Source: Octopus sinensis (taxonomy: Eukaryota). From it: DNA of 64,000 nucleotides. Shown piece after piece: positions 61,873 through 64,000 of this stretch; the first letter of the stretch is position 1, and every line of letters starts with the position of its first letter. The stretch lies in the NCBI RefSeq assembly GCF_006345805.1, contig NC_043013.1, positions 558,001 through 622,000 on the forward strand, in the 5' to 3' direction. Below the pieces are notes generated by a model. The model made no database searches, was not told the DNA's origin, and was given only the letters and a program-made list of their open reading frames with translations. The position numbers and the translations under genes were made by a program.

Positions 61873-62133
61873 ACAGTTCTATATTTAAGAGATGAGGAAT
61901 TATGTACATTATTTACACTTGACAGATATTTGTCCTCATCTTGTTTGTTGTTAACATAACGTTTCGGCTGATATACCCTCCAGCCTTCATCAGGTGTCTT
62001 GGGGAAATTTCGAACCCGGGTTCTCATTCCTAAGGTATTTTTTGATGTTATTATTCAGGTCACTGCCAGCAATCGAACTTGGCATCTTGGGGTTAGTAGC
62101 CCAAGCTCTTAACCACTACACTATCATCATGCC
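61873..62133 (-). mobile_element. Family H tRNA-headed SINE carrying a hammerhead ribozyme
   Basis: On the minus strand: A box TAGTGTAGTGG (62113-62123), B box AGTTCGATTGC (62069-62079), AAT linker, then body and tail shared with 51402-51690. Confidence 0.85.
61953..61998 (-). ncRNA. Minimal type I hammerhead ribozyme motif
   Basis: GACAC-CUGAUGA-A-GGCUG(10-nt loop)CAGCC-GAAAC-GUU-AUGUU. The core is intact, stem II has 5 bp, stem I has 4 of 5 pairs, and stem III is the palindrome AACGUU. Confidence 0.7.
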
Positions 62134-63079
62134 TGTTAAATGTAAATAATATTAATCAATGACTAAAACTTTCATTCTTCTGACAAATACGAAATACATG
62201 TTCGGACATGTTTCAGCCATCAATGAAATTCATTGGCAAAACACAGCCTTCACTATATTTGTTGAATTGTGTAATACATGGTTCATTCAAATATATTCAG
62301 CCATGGTGATGCTCTAATTAGTTATCGTTTGTTTGAATTGATGTTATTGAATTTCTGTAAAAGATGGAGGGGTGGAGGTAAGTGTTGAAACTCTGTTTCA
62401 GTCAAAGCAGCTCAGAAATCTCAAGTACTTTTTCTTTCATCATCATGTCTGTTTTTACTAGCAGGTATGGGTGGGGTGGGTTCCATGATTTGAGTTATTC
62501 AGAATTACACTATCTTGGCCAAAACACGAGAAAGGTTATCTTGTTTCCCAACAAATGAGAATAAGGCGAGAGAGAGAGAGAGAGAGAGAGAGTAAAAGCT
62601 GCATAAAGGTTGTTGAGGAAATTGAATGAAAGCAACATTATCTGAGAGGATGACAGGAGAGTGACACAAAGTAATAAAAATTCTTAAGATCTTCAAGAAT
62701 TAAGGAATTTTCAATAACATTTTTGTTGCAGTTCTAATATTTTTACTGCAAATTGTCCATTTGACCTTTCCAATAAGCTGGACGACATCCATTCTGTCTG
62801 CTGCCAAATATCCCACAAGTATTGTGTTTTTGCTGTGTGATATTTATAGAGGATGGATATTCCAAAGAATTGATCCCAGCACGCAACTGGTACTTATTTT
62901 ATTGACTCTCTTTAGGGGGGTGAATGGGGATAAAAGACCTGGTTAACATTAAAAATTTGAAGTGAACATTTCAAGAATGAAGTAAAGAACATAAGGAACT
63001 TAGATTGGTATTCTAACAATTTTTACAAGACAAATTATCCTGCAGTGCAGTGATAGCCACAAACTGGACAATGAAAACA

Positions 63080-63400
63080 CGAAAGACTTGAAGAAGCTAT
63101 TTATCTTAAAGGCTGCAAATTTTGGGATACTTTTCATTGACCACTTGTATTTCGTATCATTATTGGTCAGGTGAGGTGTAGGGAGCATGCACCATTGCAG
63201 TGCATTGCTACACTCACCATTTATCAGCATATTCCTGGGTCATCCTAGGCAAACCATTGAGCAGAGTCATCAATCAGTTCCCATCTCTGTGAGAATCCTC
63301 TTCATCTGCCGTGACATTGGGGCCAGGAAGATGCAACCTCTCGTCTTTTGTGGTTGACTTAGTTCTGGGAATGAAAACGTCTCCTGGAAAATGTTTTGAT
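63080..63400 (-). pseudogene. Possible piggyBac transposase remnant
   Basis: Minus strand LPGPNVTADE (~PG.NVTVDEQL) and SIPKFAAFKI (~YIPSKPAKYGIKI), but their spacing is too long. Confidence 0.3.
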
Positions 63401-63565
63401 GCATTAAATCAGTTGATGATTATTAAGGGGAACATTAAGAAACATACATTGTGCATGATTGAAGCTCTGTTTAGGGTATTAGGGATTTGATTTTAAGCTA
63501 TTTAAATCCATGGAGATTGGTTATATTAAGATGTTGTTCATTTGGATGTATTTTTCTCTCTCTAG

Positions 63566-63629
63566 GTTGATGATGAAGAATTATCTTGTCGTGAAGGATC
63601 TGAAAATAAAGACACTGTCAAGAGACAAG
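63566..63629 (+). CDS. Spire: Spire exon: VDDEELSCREGSENKDTVKRQ
   Basis: ctctctctag acceptor, gtgaaa donor, 64 nt, phase 0/1. Continues the acidic tract in frame. Confidence 0.72.
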
Positions 63630-63847
63630 GTGAAAATTATTTCAAGTTTCCTATTTTGAAATTTTTGTAGTTTTAAAAAATTTTGTTTTATTTTCGTTTT
63701 TTGATGTTTTCATTTATGAGATGATTTTTGTTTTGGGAACAAATGGATTAAAGACTGTTACACAGTGCCTTGGGTAAGAATCTTTTCCAATAGATTCAGG
63801 TTGACTAATACCTTGAACAGACTTTGGTAAATGGAAGCTATTCAGAA

Positions 63848-63849
<2 letters not shown>

Positions 63850-63909
<60 letters not shown>
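63850..63909. repeat. (AT)n microsatellite, ~60 bp
   Basis: Read directly. Other simple repeats lie at about 22763-22799, 31441-31463, 33420-33452, 46014-46046 and 62566-62592. Confidence 0.97.
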
Positions 63910-63911
<2 letters not shown>

Positions 63912-64000
63912 GCATATATACGGCAAAAAGAAAATGGAAGGGATACAAAAATGACATACATCAGTCGGTAGAAATTCTATTATGTCTATTCCAAAACAAA

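Overview
AT-rich, microsatellite- and SINE-dense eukaryotic DNA. The repeat families look like those I associate with octopus/coleoid cephalopod genomes (inference from memory, not a database result). The window lies inside one large + strand gene, a Spire (KIND + 4xWH2 actin nucleator) homologue. Nine GT-AG exons (6627-63629, 1005 coding nt) splice in frame and encode the C-terminal KIND domain, WH2-A to WH2-D and the start of the acidic post-WH2 region. The first exon(s) and the Spir-box/FYVE exons lie outside the window. A 31.5-kb intron separates WH2-C from WH2-D. Almost all ORFs in the supplied track are repeat- or microsatellite-derived and are not genes. The introns hold several tRNA-headed SINE families, a (GAT)n-tailed SINE-like family with a variable ~62-bp hairpin VNTR, TTAA piggyBac-type MITEs, hAT and mariner MITEs, a decayed maT/mariner transposon, and decayed RTE, Penelope-like and Chapaev3-like fragments. 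The most notable observation is a tRNA-headed SINE carrying a minimal type I hammerhead ribozyme. Its core is intact antisense to Spire (61953-61998) and mutated in the sense copy (51605-51640). The sense copy sits in a TSD-bounded, twin-priming-like inverted insertion, and a Penelope-like RT remnant lies in the same long intron. Coordinates of old repeat copies are approximate (about +/-20 bp).
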